DNA of 63,387 nt, filler included, from Folioceros fuciformis (Eukaryota), in NCBI GenBank assembly GCA_049999805.1. It is 3 parts of 2 records of this genome, joined end to end, with 100 filler letters (N's around TTAATTAATTAA, not from the genome) between each part and the next. Parts side by side here need not be neighbours in the genome. Positions count along the whole stretch, not along the records: positions 30,626 to 60,028 come from JBNGIO010006136.1; 2 more parts are not named here. One strand, written 5' to 3'. The first letter of the stretch is position 1, and each line of letters starts with the position of its first letter. Below the pieces are notes generated by a model. The model was not told the origin of the DNA. It did not search any database and saw only the letters and a list, made by a program, of their open reading frames with translations. This document shows, piece by piece, positions 42,700 to 55,141 of this stretch. The position numbers were made by a program, and so were the translations under genes.

Positions 42700-44030
42700 T
42701 AGCCTACAACTCCATATCATTTCCTCTTTAGGGTTCTCACTGTTGTTAACTTGATAAAAGTTACCAAAAAAAGTCTACAAATCATTTGAGTCGACACTTC
42801 ACCTTTTTGTCTTTCCTTTCCTTTTCCCTTCTCTTTTGTTTTGTTATGTTCCTTAACTCTGGTTGAGCTCAAACGAATCAACTTTCCTTGGATCATATGA
42901 AGAGTAGGGGTCTTTAACTTTATTGCCCTCCCCTAGCAATCTTTATTGCAAAAATTACATGATGTCCTCTCAAATGTGGTTTTGTTATCAACTCTTCATC
43001 GTCAAATGACAAGTACTCATGCCTCTTAATTCATTGCTTAATGAACATTGTATGCCTCTAGTCTTGGTTAATAGCAAAGCAAGTACACCCCTCCAATAAA
43101 GTTGCTAAAACACCATTGCTACTCCTAGAAAAATTGTCGATAGCCCACTTTCCATAATCATTCAATAGTATACACAAAAGGACCATAAGATCAATTGGCT
43201 TTTGATACGAATTAACCACATTACCATCATTAGACACATTCAATAGCTTCATGATAACTACACTATACTTGATGAAGGGAGGAATAGCTCTGATTTCTTT
43301 TTCAACTATGTTGCTTAAGGCTTTGCTTCTCTTTATATCTTCTTCTAACAAATGCACTCCATATCCCACTGTTATATACTCACAATTCTTGTAGGGGCCT
43401 TCATCCACAAATCCATTATTTTTTTCCTACACCATTGTATAAACTCCTTCTTACATGCAATATTTCCATACACTCCAACGCACATCTTGCATTTGATTTG
43501 GCCCATGCATAAAGACTACACCAAAGTTCAATTCTATAGGGAATTCATTCAAATTAATCATGCAGAGCAGTGGTAAAACTCTTTCTTGAATATGTCCCTT
43601 CTTAATCTCCTTGAGCTAGTGTTTTCCCCAAGATTCATCAATGCGTCTTATCTGTGCATTAGGTGTCATATAACCTGTAGAGCATAGCTTCATAATCACA
43701 ACCATGTTAGTACATGGCAAGTATCTTTTCTTGTGAGCTACTTCTCTAACTTGAACCAAAGAATCACTATTCCACAAAGCTCATCCAACTCTATTGCTAT
43801 CCATCAAAATTGCTTTTGTAATAACGTGCCTTATTGTGGGTTCGATGTCCTCGATATCTGACTTTGTATTTTTCTTATCCCTTTCTTTTTCTTTTCTTGG
43901 AACTCGAATTGACGAGTCTGTAACTATTAGCTCAAGCTCTTCCTCTTCTTCCAAATCTGAAACATCATCCCTATCTTCCTCTACATCTTGTTGTGTTGGC
44001 TGAACCTTGTTCCTTCATTAGCCCATCTCA
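42700..44030 (-). mobile_element. Highly decayed DNA-transposon coding remnant, possibly hAT/DUF659-like
   Basis: VHLLEEDIKRSKALSNIVEK...FIKY resembles the hAT-associated H-x-x-x-L-x-L-E-D-I segment. AT-rich with many stops; no TIRs identified. Confidence 0.35.
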
Positions 44031-47000
44031 TATTCCTTGAGTATAGCTTATTATTTCTGGACATAGGTCGACCTTTAAGATCCTCCTTCACTGATGCATT
44101 TCCCTATATTAGAATGCAGGTCAACTTATGTCAAGGTTTATATGATTCCCAATTCTGCTCGTCATTCGGTCACACAACGTCGTTTTAGAGCACATCATTC
44201 TACATCTATGGCGTAATGCGTCATTCAGGTCCGGCTCACGAGTACTGGTCATCAACCGATGCTGGCACTCTTACTAGTGTACACCGAAAGCTACCAGGAA
44301 CCCTTTGCATTTGGAACCATCGATGTTGTTGATCCAATCAGTCCAACCCTATGTGTAAAAAAAGAAACTCGGGATGTCACTACACGATCTCAAAGTCATG
44401 AAGGTAGTCATTTTCTGGTGCCTTGCCCAATCGTCCACACCTCATCTTACAACCCCTGGCCCCTGTACTATTCCGAAGAGTGCAAGGAGTTCTCGGCAAG
44501 GGTCTCCACTTTGTCTGCAATGAACATGCACTCACCCTTCACCACAAAGGTTACGTAACATTGTGCATACCGCCCCGCTGCCAACTACTGAGACAGGGCG
44601 TAGGGAGGAGTCAGCATTGTAACCCCAATGCCTCTGTTGGTCAAGTAAGCTACCTGTTAGAAACGAGTGAAGACAACTTTCGGATTTGAAAGTTGTTTTC
44701 ACTTGATTCTAATGGGTCAACTTCTAAATCCACATCAATCCTATCCTTAGACTGGCGTTCACTACTATCTCCATCATCATCTGCTTCTTCATGCACATCC
44801 GGCGGAATATACTTCTCGTTCTCTTCTTGCAATTCTTTGAAAATCCTTAAGGCTATCATAGAACTCAAAATTTCGTTTCTCTCACTCATTCGTGTAGGTG
44901 GGGAAAGGCCTAAGAACTCTCCGCGACATACCTTAACCTATTCACATTTGGAAGAACACATGATTCACAATTGGCTAACTAAGCCTTGAATTCTTCAAGT
45001 ATGAGTGAAACAAGACGACGAGCCAGCCTCTCGTATCCATCAGCTTGAAAGACACACAACTCCAAAATTGCCCTAGCCACCATGGGTGCGGCAACGGGAA
45101 CCACACAAAATCCAAATGCGACTGAACAATGAGGTATAACCTATCTATAAACCATATTTAGTGGGAATGAACTAGGATTAATAGTAATATAGAATAGCAA
45201 AACAGGGTTAATTACGAAACCCAATCTTAACCCTGGAACTAACTAGCCTTAGACTATAAGTCACCTTAACCTGGGATACTAAGAACTAGAACAAAACTAG
45301 CCTTAGACTATAAGTCACCTTAACCTGGGATACCAAGAACTAGAACAAAACTGCGGCTGTGGGCACCCTTCGTGGTAGGAAGCACATGCTCCTATACGCA
45401 TGAACTCATAATTGAAATAAACGTGAGAACCTTGTATGCGATATGATCTACGTTCTAGAGCTAGTATTGCTGCAATGAGAGTGTTGAAGTGCAATGTGTA
45501 TGGCCTTGAATTCTGCAATTATGAGAGCTTTGAAGTGCAAGGTGTATATTTCCGTGCTTGGTTATTTGTAGAAAATCTTACTAGGCTTTTCACTTTGGTA
45601 TCCACTAAGAGGAAACAAAGNNNNNNNNNNNNNNNNNNNNNNNNNNNNNNNNNNNNNNNNNNNNNNNNNNNNNNNNNNNNNNNNNNNNNNNNNNNNNNNN
45701 NNNNNNNNNNNNNNNNNNNNTATCATATTTAAAATAAATTAATCTATTTATCATAAAAGAATAAGCTATTTTATTAAAAATAAATTAATCTCTTTTACCC
45801 TAACTAAAATAAATAGTCTTATTTCATCCTTAAAAATGAAAAACTATTTTATCTTGAATAAAATAAATACATTTATTTCATTATATATCTATAATCCACC
45901 CTTCTTACAATGTACACAAAATTTCTTTAGGGTTTGTTCCAACATGCAAGATTATGTGATACCAAAATCTTGTTTAGTATTTGTCTTTGTCATATTGTTA
46001 TTTACATGGAACACACTAGTTTGTTTTAACCTTACTTGAAGGAATTATGTGTCCCAATATATCTATACCTTGTAGTCACAAGCATCGACAAGTCACAACT
46101 TAACATCCATATCTTGAAATGATTCTTGCAATGAGGTCACTTTGCAACATGCTTAATATGCCTGACATACTTTCCAGCTCATCGCAATCATACAACAATA
46201 ATAAACTGTGTGATACCAAACTTTTGTTTAATATTTGTTTTTGTCACACTATTATCCACATAGAACAAACCAGTTTATTTTAGCCTTAAAGGGATTTTGT
46301 GTTCCAACATCATCATCTATACCTTGTAGCCACAAGCATCAACAAGTTATGGCCTAACATTAGTAGCTTGAAATGATGCTTGTAGTGAAGTCAGTTTGCA
46401 AAATGCCTAATGTGCCTAGCATACTTTCTAACTCATCATAATGATGCAACAATAATAAATTGCGAAGAAGAAAATTGCCCTTACAAATGGGGAAGCAATA
46501 ACACCAATTTAAGTGCATTAAAAAATGACATATATACCAATGTAAGCAAAACGAAAACAATTGAATATGTGAGGTTGTAGTCCCTTTTGCAACAACGAGG
46601 TGAAATAGGTGGGAGGGGAAAAATAAGAGACCTGTGGTGAACGGTGGGACCTAGAGGTAAAGATAGAAGAGAGGTTCGTGGAGGTTCAGACCTCCGACAT
46701 GTGAGGGCGGAGTGACTGGATGTGGGGTGCGGTTACAAGGTCTTGTCTAATGGGTGGAGGAAACAGAACGAAACCCCGTAACGTGTGAGACGAGGTGGGG
46801 AAGGCCGGGCAGGTGGTGCAACAAGAGGACAACGGAGCCGGAGCCTCCCAAGGTTTGTAGATCGGAGTTTGACCTCACTAAATGCCACTCAACGAACGTG
46901 ACAAAATGGTTGCAAGGGAGGGAAGGTAGGTTGGTAGATAAGAAAAAGGAAACCCACGATTGGTACCTAGTCGATGAGAGTCGTTGTAGAGGGGGCGAAG

Positions 47001-49100
47001 GACTGCTGGGTCTGTCCCATGAGTGTTGTAGGACTGGAGCACACTAGAGAAAAAAAAATCGGAGGCATCGGTTGTATTGCAGAGTTGGGACTTATAAACC
47101 CATCGGACCTAGGGTCCAAGGTAGATCCATGTGTTGGGCCGCAATGATCCCCATATACCTCCGAAGGTCCTCCATGGCCACAGAGGTGGATGTTGTCTCT
47201 TCGCAAAGGTGTAAAGTGGTTGCAGGTCTGTCTCCCACTTTAGCTAGACCATCCGCTCTTCTACATGAGTGGCCTCCTTCGTGATTCCTTGGTGCTCTCT
47301 CAACCAACTACACTCGAACTTTGCCTCTTCAAGTTCCCTGGCCAATAGGAAGGTAGGGGGAGAAAGCTGATTGTGCCTCTTGAAGCTGCATGCCCTCGCC
47401 TTCTCCCCCTACTCTGTGCTTCGACCCTTAACTCCTCGAGCTCTTGCATGCAGTGGTCACACTCCTCCCAGAGTTTTTTCAACTCATCTTGGAGTCCCAA
47501 GGTGAGTTCAGCACCTCATTCCTTAAGGGTAGTTAGCCAATCTACCAATTCGGACATCCTTCTCCAGAGGGCTATGTTCTCCCCCTCTTGAGTGGCTACC
47601 TACCTAAAAGACCAAGCTAGTCCCTCAACCACGAAGGTCACAATTCCTTGCGCTACTTGCGTTGCTTCTTCGAAGGTGACTTCATAGTAGAAGAAATAAT
47701 TAGAAGACAACCGGGCCCTCCCAAAGGATGTTCAAATAGCCCACCTCATTGCCTCCTAATTAGTGATCCCTCCCTTCATCAAGGCTTCAAAGACAACAAA
47801 CTGGGGTAGCCCCTTCCTTCGGTCCTGTTCCTGCTCAGTAGGCTTGTGGCTAGGCGAGGTATTACTCTAGCCGACGGTGGGCTAAGGGACCAGCTCTAGG
47901 AGAGTGGGAGGGGCATAGGAGTCATCGGTAGTGCCTTAGGTAGCGCTGCTGGTACAATGACCTTTTTCTTTAGGGTAGGAGCCAAGGCCGGAGTAGCATC
48001 AAAGGAAGGTGTCGGGATAGGAGTGAATCGAGCTATGGTTGCGCTTTCTAAGTTTGTCAGGACCTTATAGTGCCCTCAGATGTGGAATAGAAAGGGAGAC
48101 ATGCTTGAGGTGTGTGGCTTCTTCTGTCTTAGCGTATTGACATTGAATTGAATTCGATGTGCCACCACCTCACCCCAATCTACCGAGGATCCTTGAGCTA
48201 AGCCTAGAGGAACATCTGCACTTCATCGGCCACATGATCTGTTTTCGTGTCCAGCAACCAATTTACAATGATTTCAGGAGACACTCCAAATTCTTAGGTC
48301 CTCGATGTGAATCAACCACCCACTGGTGGTTTTGAAGGATCCATCTGTCAGAAGTGCCTTAGCAACCTCCTTCACCAAGGCTTTGTTCTATTGCAAATTT
48401 AGGTAGAGTCCTTTATGCTCTGAAGCTGGCCATCGGTAGACCTCCCTCATCNNNNNNNNNNNNNNNNNNNNNNNNNNNNNNNNNNNNNNNNNNNNNNNNN
48501 NNNNNNNNNNNNNNNNNNNNNNNNNNNNNNNNNNNNNNNNNNNNNNNNNNNGGTCCAGGGGAAGTGGAACAAGCCCAGCTCCCACTACTCGATAAGGTCG
48601 TCGGCGGCCGCTATACAGGGGGCAAAATTTGGGTATGCCCGTGTCTGTATTTGGTCTTCATTGATCCGCCAGGTGTTGACAGCCTCGAAAACCTGCCCTA
48701 GCGGCATTTGTGAGGAGGAGGTGGAGCAAAGGAAGGTAGGAAAGAACAAGTGAGCACGAAACTAGATCGTGCAATGTGGCTGTTGGAGGGGAGTAAGTGT
48801 GTGAGAGCTCAGCGAGGAGTTAGAGGAGCGTCAAGCTTCGGAATGGCGCCAAAGGTGGTGAGGCGAAGGGAGGGTTGGGGGAGCCAAGAGCGTAATCACC
48901 AGTGTATGCCAACATAAGAACTTACACTGCTGCCTCTTCCAACACTGCAACCATCCGAAGGTAGTTACGCACGCTCAACTTCATGATGACGAGTACGCCT
49001 GACTCATATCCAATTGTGAATCATGTCACTTCATCCGCCACGTGGCTCCTGTTCAAACCACCAAGTCCAGCATGCCTTCGGCTCCAAAAATTTGTACTTG
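44030..49100. mobile_element. Nested or decayed retroelement-like debris
   Basis: Stop-riddled frames, short direct repeats (about 54-bp duplication at 45241/45295), a coiled-coil fragment at 47300-47500 and assembly gaps. No intact domain recognised. Confidence 0.3.
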
Positions 49101-49461
49101 CTAAAAGAGAAATATTAATATTTAAAAATAACAAACACACACCAAACCTTACTTCGATGGATTGTCCATCAGAATACCAAAGTACTCCTCCGATATATTA
49201 TTTTTAGGGCTCACAGAGGTGGTGGTAAATTTGTATCTCTAAGGCATCACTGTTGTTGCAACATCTCTACTTTTGAGGCATCACTAACTTTACTACATTT
49301 CTATCTTTGAGAGATCACGTCTATTGCTACATATCTAAACGTAGGCCTAAGCATCTCTAAACTAGCCGATTAAGAGCCTAAGATGCAACTTCTACATTTG
49401 CTACACATTGTTGTATGTTTGCCCTCAACTTCTCTAGCCCTTCCTTAAGGGTCTCCAACAT

Positions 49462-50020
49462 TTCGAGCATGTAGTGCACACCGTGGACAGTGGCTATCAA
49501 TTTCTTCGAGCATGTAGTGCACACCATGGACAGTGGCTATCAATTTCTTTGAGCATGTAGTGCACACGATGGACAGCGGCTATCAATTTCTTCGAGCATG
49601 TAGTGCACACGATGGACAGCGGCTATCAATTTCTTCGAGCATGTAGTGCACACCATAAACAACGGCTATCAATTTCTTCGAGCATGTAGTGCACACCATG
49701 GACAGCGGCTATCAATTTCTTCGAGCATGTAGTGCACACCATGGACAGCGGCTATCAATTACTTCGAGCATGTAGTGCACACCATGGACAGCGGCTATCA
49801 ATTTCTTCGAGCATGTAGTGCACACCATGGACAGTGGCTATCAATTTCTTCGAGCATGTAGTGCACACCATGGACAGCGGCTATCAATTACTTCGAGCAT
49901 GTAGTGCACACCATGGACAGCGGCTATCAATTTCTTCGAGCATGTAGTGCACACCATGGATAGTGGCTATCAATTTCTTCGAGCATGTAGTGCACACCAT
50001 GGACAGTGGCTATCAATTTC
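49462..50020. repeat. 43-bp tandem minisatellite, 13 copies
   Basis: Unit TTCGAGCATGTAGTGCACACCATGGACAGCGGCTATCAATTTC. 559 bp = 13 x 43, with few substitutions and no spacers. Confidence 0.95.
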
Positions 50021-51233
50021 TTAGTGAAGTTGCTTAGATTGTTGCCTCCTTCTAGTGCCTGCTATTAGGTAGTGCCTTTGGAGGTAGCTCATTATTGCCA
50101 TTATGACATGTTCTTTTCCTTCTCTCCCAAAGAAGGGTAGGAAAGCCTATGAATATCAATATGCTCAAGTGATCTAGAGGGAGGTTGGCAAATGGTTGTA
50201 ATGCCTCTTTCCAACGGTCAATGTGATGATAATAGAATAATTAGCACTTTTCAATTAGAATAAGCGTAAATCTAATATGTGGCTCAATTGGATAGTAGTG
50301 GTACATGAGGGATCCGAATCCAGTGTGCACCAAGACTTTGTTATGGCGAATGTGGAAGCATGTGTTGATTGTTGCTAAGGGGACAAGGGTAGCCTCTTCT
50401 CACAAATTCAAGAGGAAGGAGTGGAGGCTAAAGCGTTTCCTCGCTTTGAGGAGAAAGATGCGGTAGAACCACTCATGCATGTGTAATGGATAAAGCATTG
50501 TAACTCTTTTGTCTACTGTAGGGCTTAGGGTTGGATGAGGCCTTGTACCTAATCTAGGACATAGAGACTATCTTTAACGCAACATAGGATAGGATATGGT
50601 AGCAAGAGGGGTGTCTTTAGTGTTTATTGCTGAGTGGAAACCACATTAACAATAAAATTCATGGTTGCTACAATTTCCTAGTTGCAAAGGGGAATTCAAT
50701 TGCAAATAAGTAGAACAGCTTTTGCGAACAAGGAACAAATAAGTAAAACAGCTTTTGCAAGGAAGCAACAAAACCTAAGTCCATACCAAATTGCACCTAC
50801 ACGAATCTAAGCATAACAAACACAGTTCAACATTTGAGGTGCTACTCCATCTCTACCTTTGAGGCATCAATCTTGTACCCACATTTCTCCCTTTAAGGCT
50901 TGCATAGTTTGAGCATCGATAAACTAGCTGATCAAGCCCTTGGGAGACAACTTTCACGTATGCTATATATTGCCACATGGTTGCCCTTGCCCTCAACTTC
51001 TTTAGTTTTCTCTCGAGGGTCTCCAATATATGAATCATGCAGTAAATAAGTGCATCAAACTATGTCTGTCAACTTTTATAGAATTACACAGATGACTACC
51101 TCCCTTTGTTGCTTGTTGTCAAATAGCTCATTTTTGCCAATTTGACACAGAAGAAACGTTTACACATGATCGTAGAGACTTGTCTTCATCATGGGGCATA
51201 CTATAGTGGCCATCTTTGTGATGGAAAAAAGTA

Positions 51234-51254
51234 TAGGGTTTAGGGTTTAGGGTT
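51234..51254 (+). repeat. Interstitial plant telomere-type repeat (TAGGGTT)x3
   Basis: Three tandem Arabidopsis-type units. Two CCCTAAA units also occur at 15274-15287. Confidence 0.7.
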
Positions 51255-53567
51255 ACTGTGGTATGTAGGGAGAACTTTTATTTGGAGTAGTAAGCTGTTT
51301 CATAGCGATGATGGTGATGCTTTCAAAACATTCAATATCATGTAGGTATTATCATGCGCTTTTGCATATGACATGTTAATCACGCATTGTGTAACCTTTA
51401 TATAGCTCATATGACTCAATGCTCATTACTTTTGTTTTTTTCAAATGAAGAATATATAGACTTTAGATCATGTGTAGTACTTCAAAATCAAAGGATGGAC
51501 TCCCATTGTACCTGCACTCTTTTTGAGCTTTGGGTCCCCCTAGTCAAGGAACAAAGGGCGCTGCCTTTGAGATAAGCCGAGACCAGCTGGAAACGCACAT
51601 CCATGTAGAAACCCGCCTGGTGATTCTTTCAACACAAATATCAAAGTGGTTCATCTTGCATCATGAGATGGAGATAATGTTTCTGACCATTGCATCAATC
51701 TATTCTGACCATTGCATCATTAGATTGAGATAGAGTTCCTGACCAGGACTTCCCTCTTGGCTTATGAGGAAGAATGTCACTTGGCCTGGTACGCTTCTCA
51801 ACCCCACGAAGAAAACTATGAAACAGTACGTCCATATCCACCGGCTCTGACCAGGCTGCTTTCTTGTCTTGATTGCCTCTTCATCCGTACGTATCTCGTC
51901 TGTGCCTGCAAACCGGTGCCAGGGCTTTGCATTTTCACGGTCTGATGCATGACGCAATCCAAATGTGACTCGCGAGTGTCTGCAAGCCAGGGCTTTGCAC
52001 GTTCTGCGGCAACTCGACAAGTGGTGGCGTATGGCTCCTGAATCGAGCAACCCCGATGCACGCGAGCCAGCCAGAACCTTGATGGCTCTGCGCTCCATGA
52101 ACTTGATGTACTGGGTTGCTGCATCTCCTCAAGGGTTTACTGTGCTTTGCTTTACATTGCAGGTGATTCGTTGCCAGGCCAGTTCTGGCTGGTCGACTTA
52201 TGGGACGTCCTACTGAAGGACCCTAAATTAGAAGCCTTATGCAACACGATATCCTTTAGACGCGTTAAAGGTTAATATTCACATGGACGACAATTGCCGA
52301 GGTTGAGGTATGGTGTCGCCTTCCCGGTCACCCGTCGTCCCTTCGTCGCTATGGCCTAAATTCGCGGTTCCTCCGGAAAAAGCAATGAGTAGGCAAATAG
52401 GAGCCCTACAGTGCATGGAATCCGGGTGGGGAGAGCCATCTGGGTTCATGATGTGGGCGAGGTTTTCGCTGTCGACGAGTTTTGCTTGTGGTCACCGCGG
52501 TTGCCTCGTCGGCGTACCTCGTTCTGAAGATTCACAAGAAGGCTTCAGCCACTTTGCGGAAAACGGGACTGCAGCCTTGGGTGGTGGAGCTGATTTCTAG
52601 CTGCTCCCACCAGCGCTCGTGGTGCTGACATTTTGCTCTTCGGAGAGGCTGGGAGACAGCGTATTGCTCCCTTGAACGTTGTTCAGTTGTCGGGATTTGA
52701 TCGGGCCGAGCCGATCTTTGCAGTTTCTCCGTAAGTTTGGCCTCCAGGCTATCTGCGGTGCAGTTTCTCCCTGATCCAAGTTTTTCCTCTGCTTTGCGTG
52801 CTCGTTTAATATCCACTGTGTGCTGCCGCGTGTTTCCAACGCGTATTCGGGTGAGAGTTGATCTGGAAATGCATGGACCTGACCTACACTCGAAGCAATT
52901 TTGTGTCTGTTTCTGGTCGGGTCTTTTAGTCTCCAGATCCTCCTCCTACATGTCGAGTAGGATGTGTTGGCAGGAGTGTCACAGTCTCTGTCCGCTTTCC
53001 CTCATGTGACGATGTCGACAACTCACGATATCCAAGCGGCCGTGCAGTCTCCTCTGCGTGGTGCTCCGACCTTGACCTTTTCCTACATCTGGCTTTTAGG
53101 TTACGGATTTGGAATGCTTAGCGATGTTCTCCTTTCCGTCGGGTTTGGGTCCCTGGCGAAACTATGGCAGGTACTTCTACGAGAAGTAGCTAAAGCAAAG
53201 GATGCCATCCAAGCTTTGTGGTCCACGGTATGTGCACCAGTCCGTGAGCCTGAACTTCCTTCTTCTAAGGACAATGAGTATGCTTTTTCTTTGTGATCCG
53301 CACAGTCCACCGTGCAGTGTTTGGGCAGCCTGTGATGACCCCCCTAAGTCTTGCATGCAATTGTGTTCTATTTCCAGGTAGTAGTTGCCAATGGTATTTG
53401 AAAGGTTGACAAGGTAACGGCTTGTTGTTGAGGGTCAGCTATTCGACGTGTCTCAATTGGTCTTTGTTCTGTCTCAGTCCTATCAAGCCAGACGAGAAGT
53501 CCGAGGAAAGCTGCTCGGGAAATCTTGCTTTGGGTATTGGGATTCCTTCGTCATCGGTTGGTCAAAG

Positions 53568-54720
53568 ATGCAACAAGACGAGCCCCCTCTTGCAGCAGAA
53601 GAATCTGTGCGAGAGACAACTCAAGCAAGTGTTTCCGAGCAGAAGTCTGTGGGAATGGAGCATGCTTTAAACCAGGAGGGCCAAATCACGGGTTTCCAGA
53701 GGAAAGGCATGGCGGAATTTTTGAGAGCGTACTTTTTTGCTAAATATATGCAATGTGACAACGTTCCTTGCAAAATAGAGCAGGTATTTTAACATTCTTC
53801 AAAATTTGGGGGCTTGAATGTTGCGTTGGCCGTGAGGGGCCAGTGCATAACTCCTCCCCGTGCACCCTTCAGGCCAGTTACTGCTCTTGCTGGCTTGGTT
53901 GTCTGAGTGTTTTTATTCAGCTACATGTATGCTACGGATAGTGTGCTCTCCAGGTTTGTCGTGATGGGGGTCCTTTCAAGTGCCTCCTTCTGACGCAAGT
54001 ACCATCCTGTTCTTCATATGCAGGGACTGTACCTGGGATCTATTGGAGCAGCATATAACAAGGCCGCACTGATGCATCTGAATGTGACCCATATTTTGGT
54101 GGTTGCCAATTCTGTCGAAACTCCTTTTCCTCGCGAATTCAAGTATCTGCGTATTGATGGTGCGTCTGGACTGCCTTCTTTGGTTGTCTGTAGAAGCAGT
54201 GGCCTCATTCTTGGGGCAACATAATCCGTTATTCAATGTTGCTTGACTTCCTGTGGCCAAGGTCTAATACAAAGTTTGTGAAAGCAGTCTTGGACAGTCC
54301 AACGGTGAATCTGTTGGAGTATTTCAGCACATGTTTTTCGTTTATTGACGAAGGGAGAAAGGATGGCGGTTCTGTACTTGTTCACTGCTTTGCAGGAAAA
54401 TCCAGAAGGTCTGCCCCGTCTCCTTGTACTTTTTTTGTGGTTCGAGGATTCCTCTTGTGGCTTGCAAACGGCATTGAACCCACTTCTACTCCATGGGTCT
54501 CGTGCAGTGTGACAGTCGTTGTAGGGTACTTGATGAAAAGGTATGCCTGGACCCTGTCTCAAGCATTAGCACTTGTCAAGGCCAAGCGACCGCAAGCATC
54601 ACCAAACAATGGTTTTATGTTACAACTTCACAGCTTCGAAGATCAGTTGCGGGGTGTGTGGGTTTTCTGCCCTACGTTGGTTGTCTTTGAGCTAACTGAT
54701 GGTTTTCGCCAGAGCACTAA
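53568..54720 (+). CDS. Dual-specificity protein phosphatase (DsPTP1/MKP2-like), multi-exon
   Basis: Motifs PCKIEQ|GLYLGSIGAA, VTHILVVAN, catalytic VLVHCFAGKSR|S, YLMKR and RPQASPNNGFMLQL. The spliced stop is inferred at 54718-54720. An upstream in-frame start at 53114 is possible. Confidence 0.9.
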
Positions 54721-55141
54721 TCCTGTGAGCACTGGCAGGCGGAGCGCGAGATGACGGCAGCAACGTCTGACGAGCGTGCCATCACCTTGTACAGAGAGCT
54801 TCTTCTTGGGATAGAATAGCGGCCATAGTTGAGGTATCTACTCTATTGCAGTGCGTTGGTTCTCCCCCTCCCGGCAAGTGGGTATTGTGCGTGAGAATTG
54901 TGTATAAGATAAAACCGAAGGTCGAAATTAGGTTGTTTGTCTGTGCCTCATCGTGACCATATACATAATTTCAGGTGAAGCATGTTACAGCCTGGCTGAC
55001 CTGCTTCTGTTGCCATCCCGCGGACGGAACTTGCACGCCTGCTGATCTCTTTTACTCATTCTAAGGGATTCTCACGATGAAAGAATCTGACAATGAACTG
55101 TAATCCCGTCCAGTATAAGGTTATGAAACCGAAAATCGCAT

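Noticed and set aside
49462-50020. CRISPR-like appearance of the 43-bp array (also the 31-bp and 39-bp arrays)
   Set aside because: Units are contiguous with no unique spacers, there are no cas genes, and the context is eukaryotic.
51600-52300. Cluster of short ORFs upstream of the phosphatase
   Set aside because: No recognisable domain or convincing exon chain.
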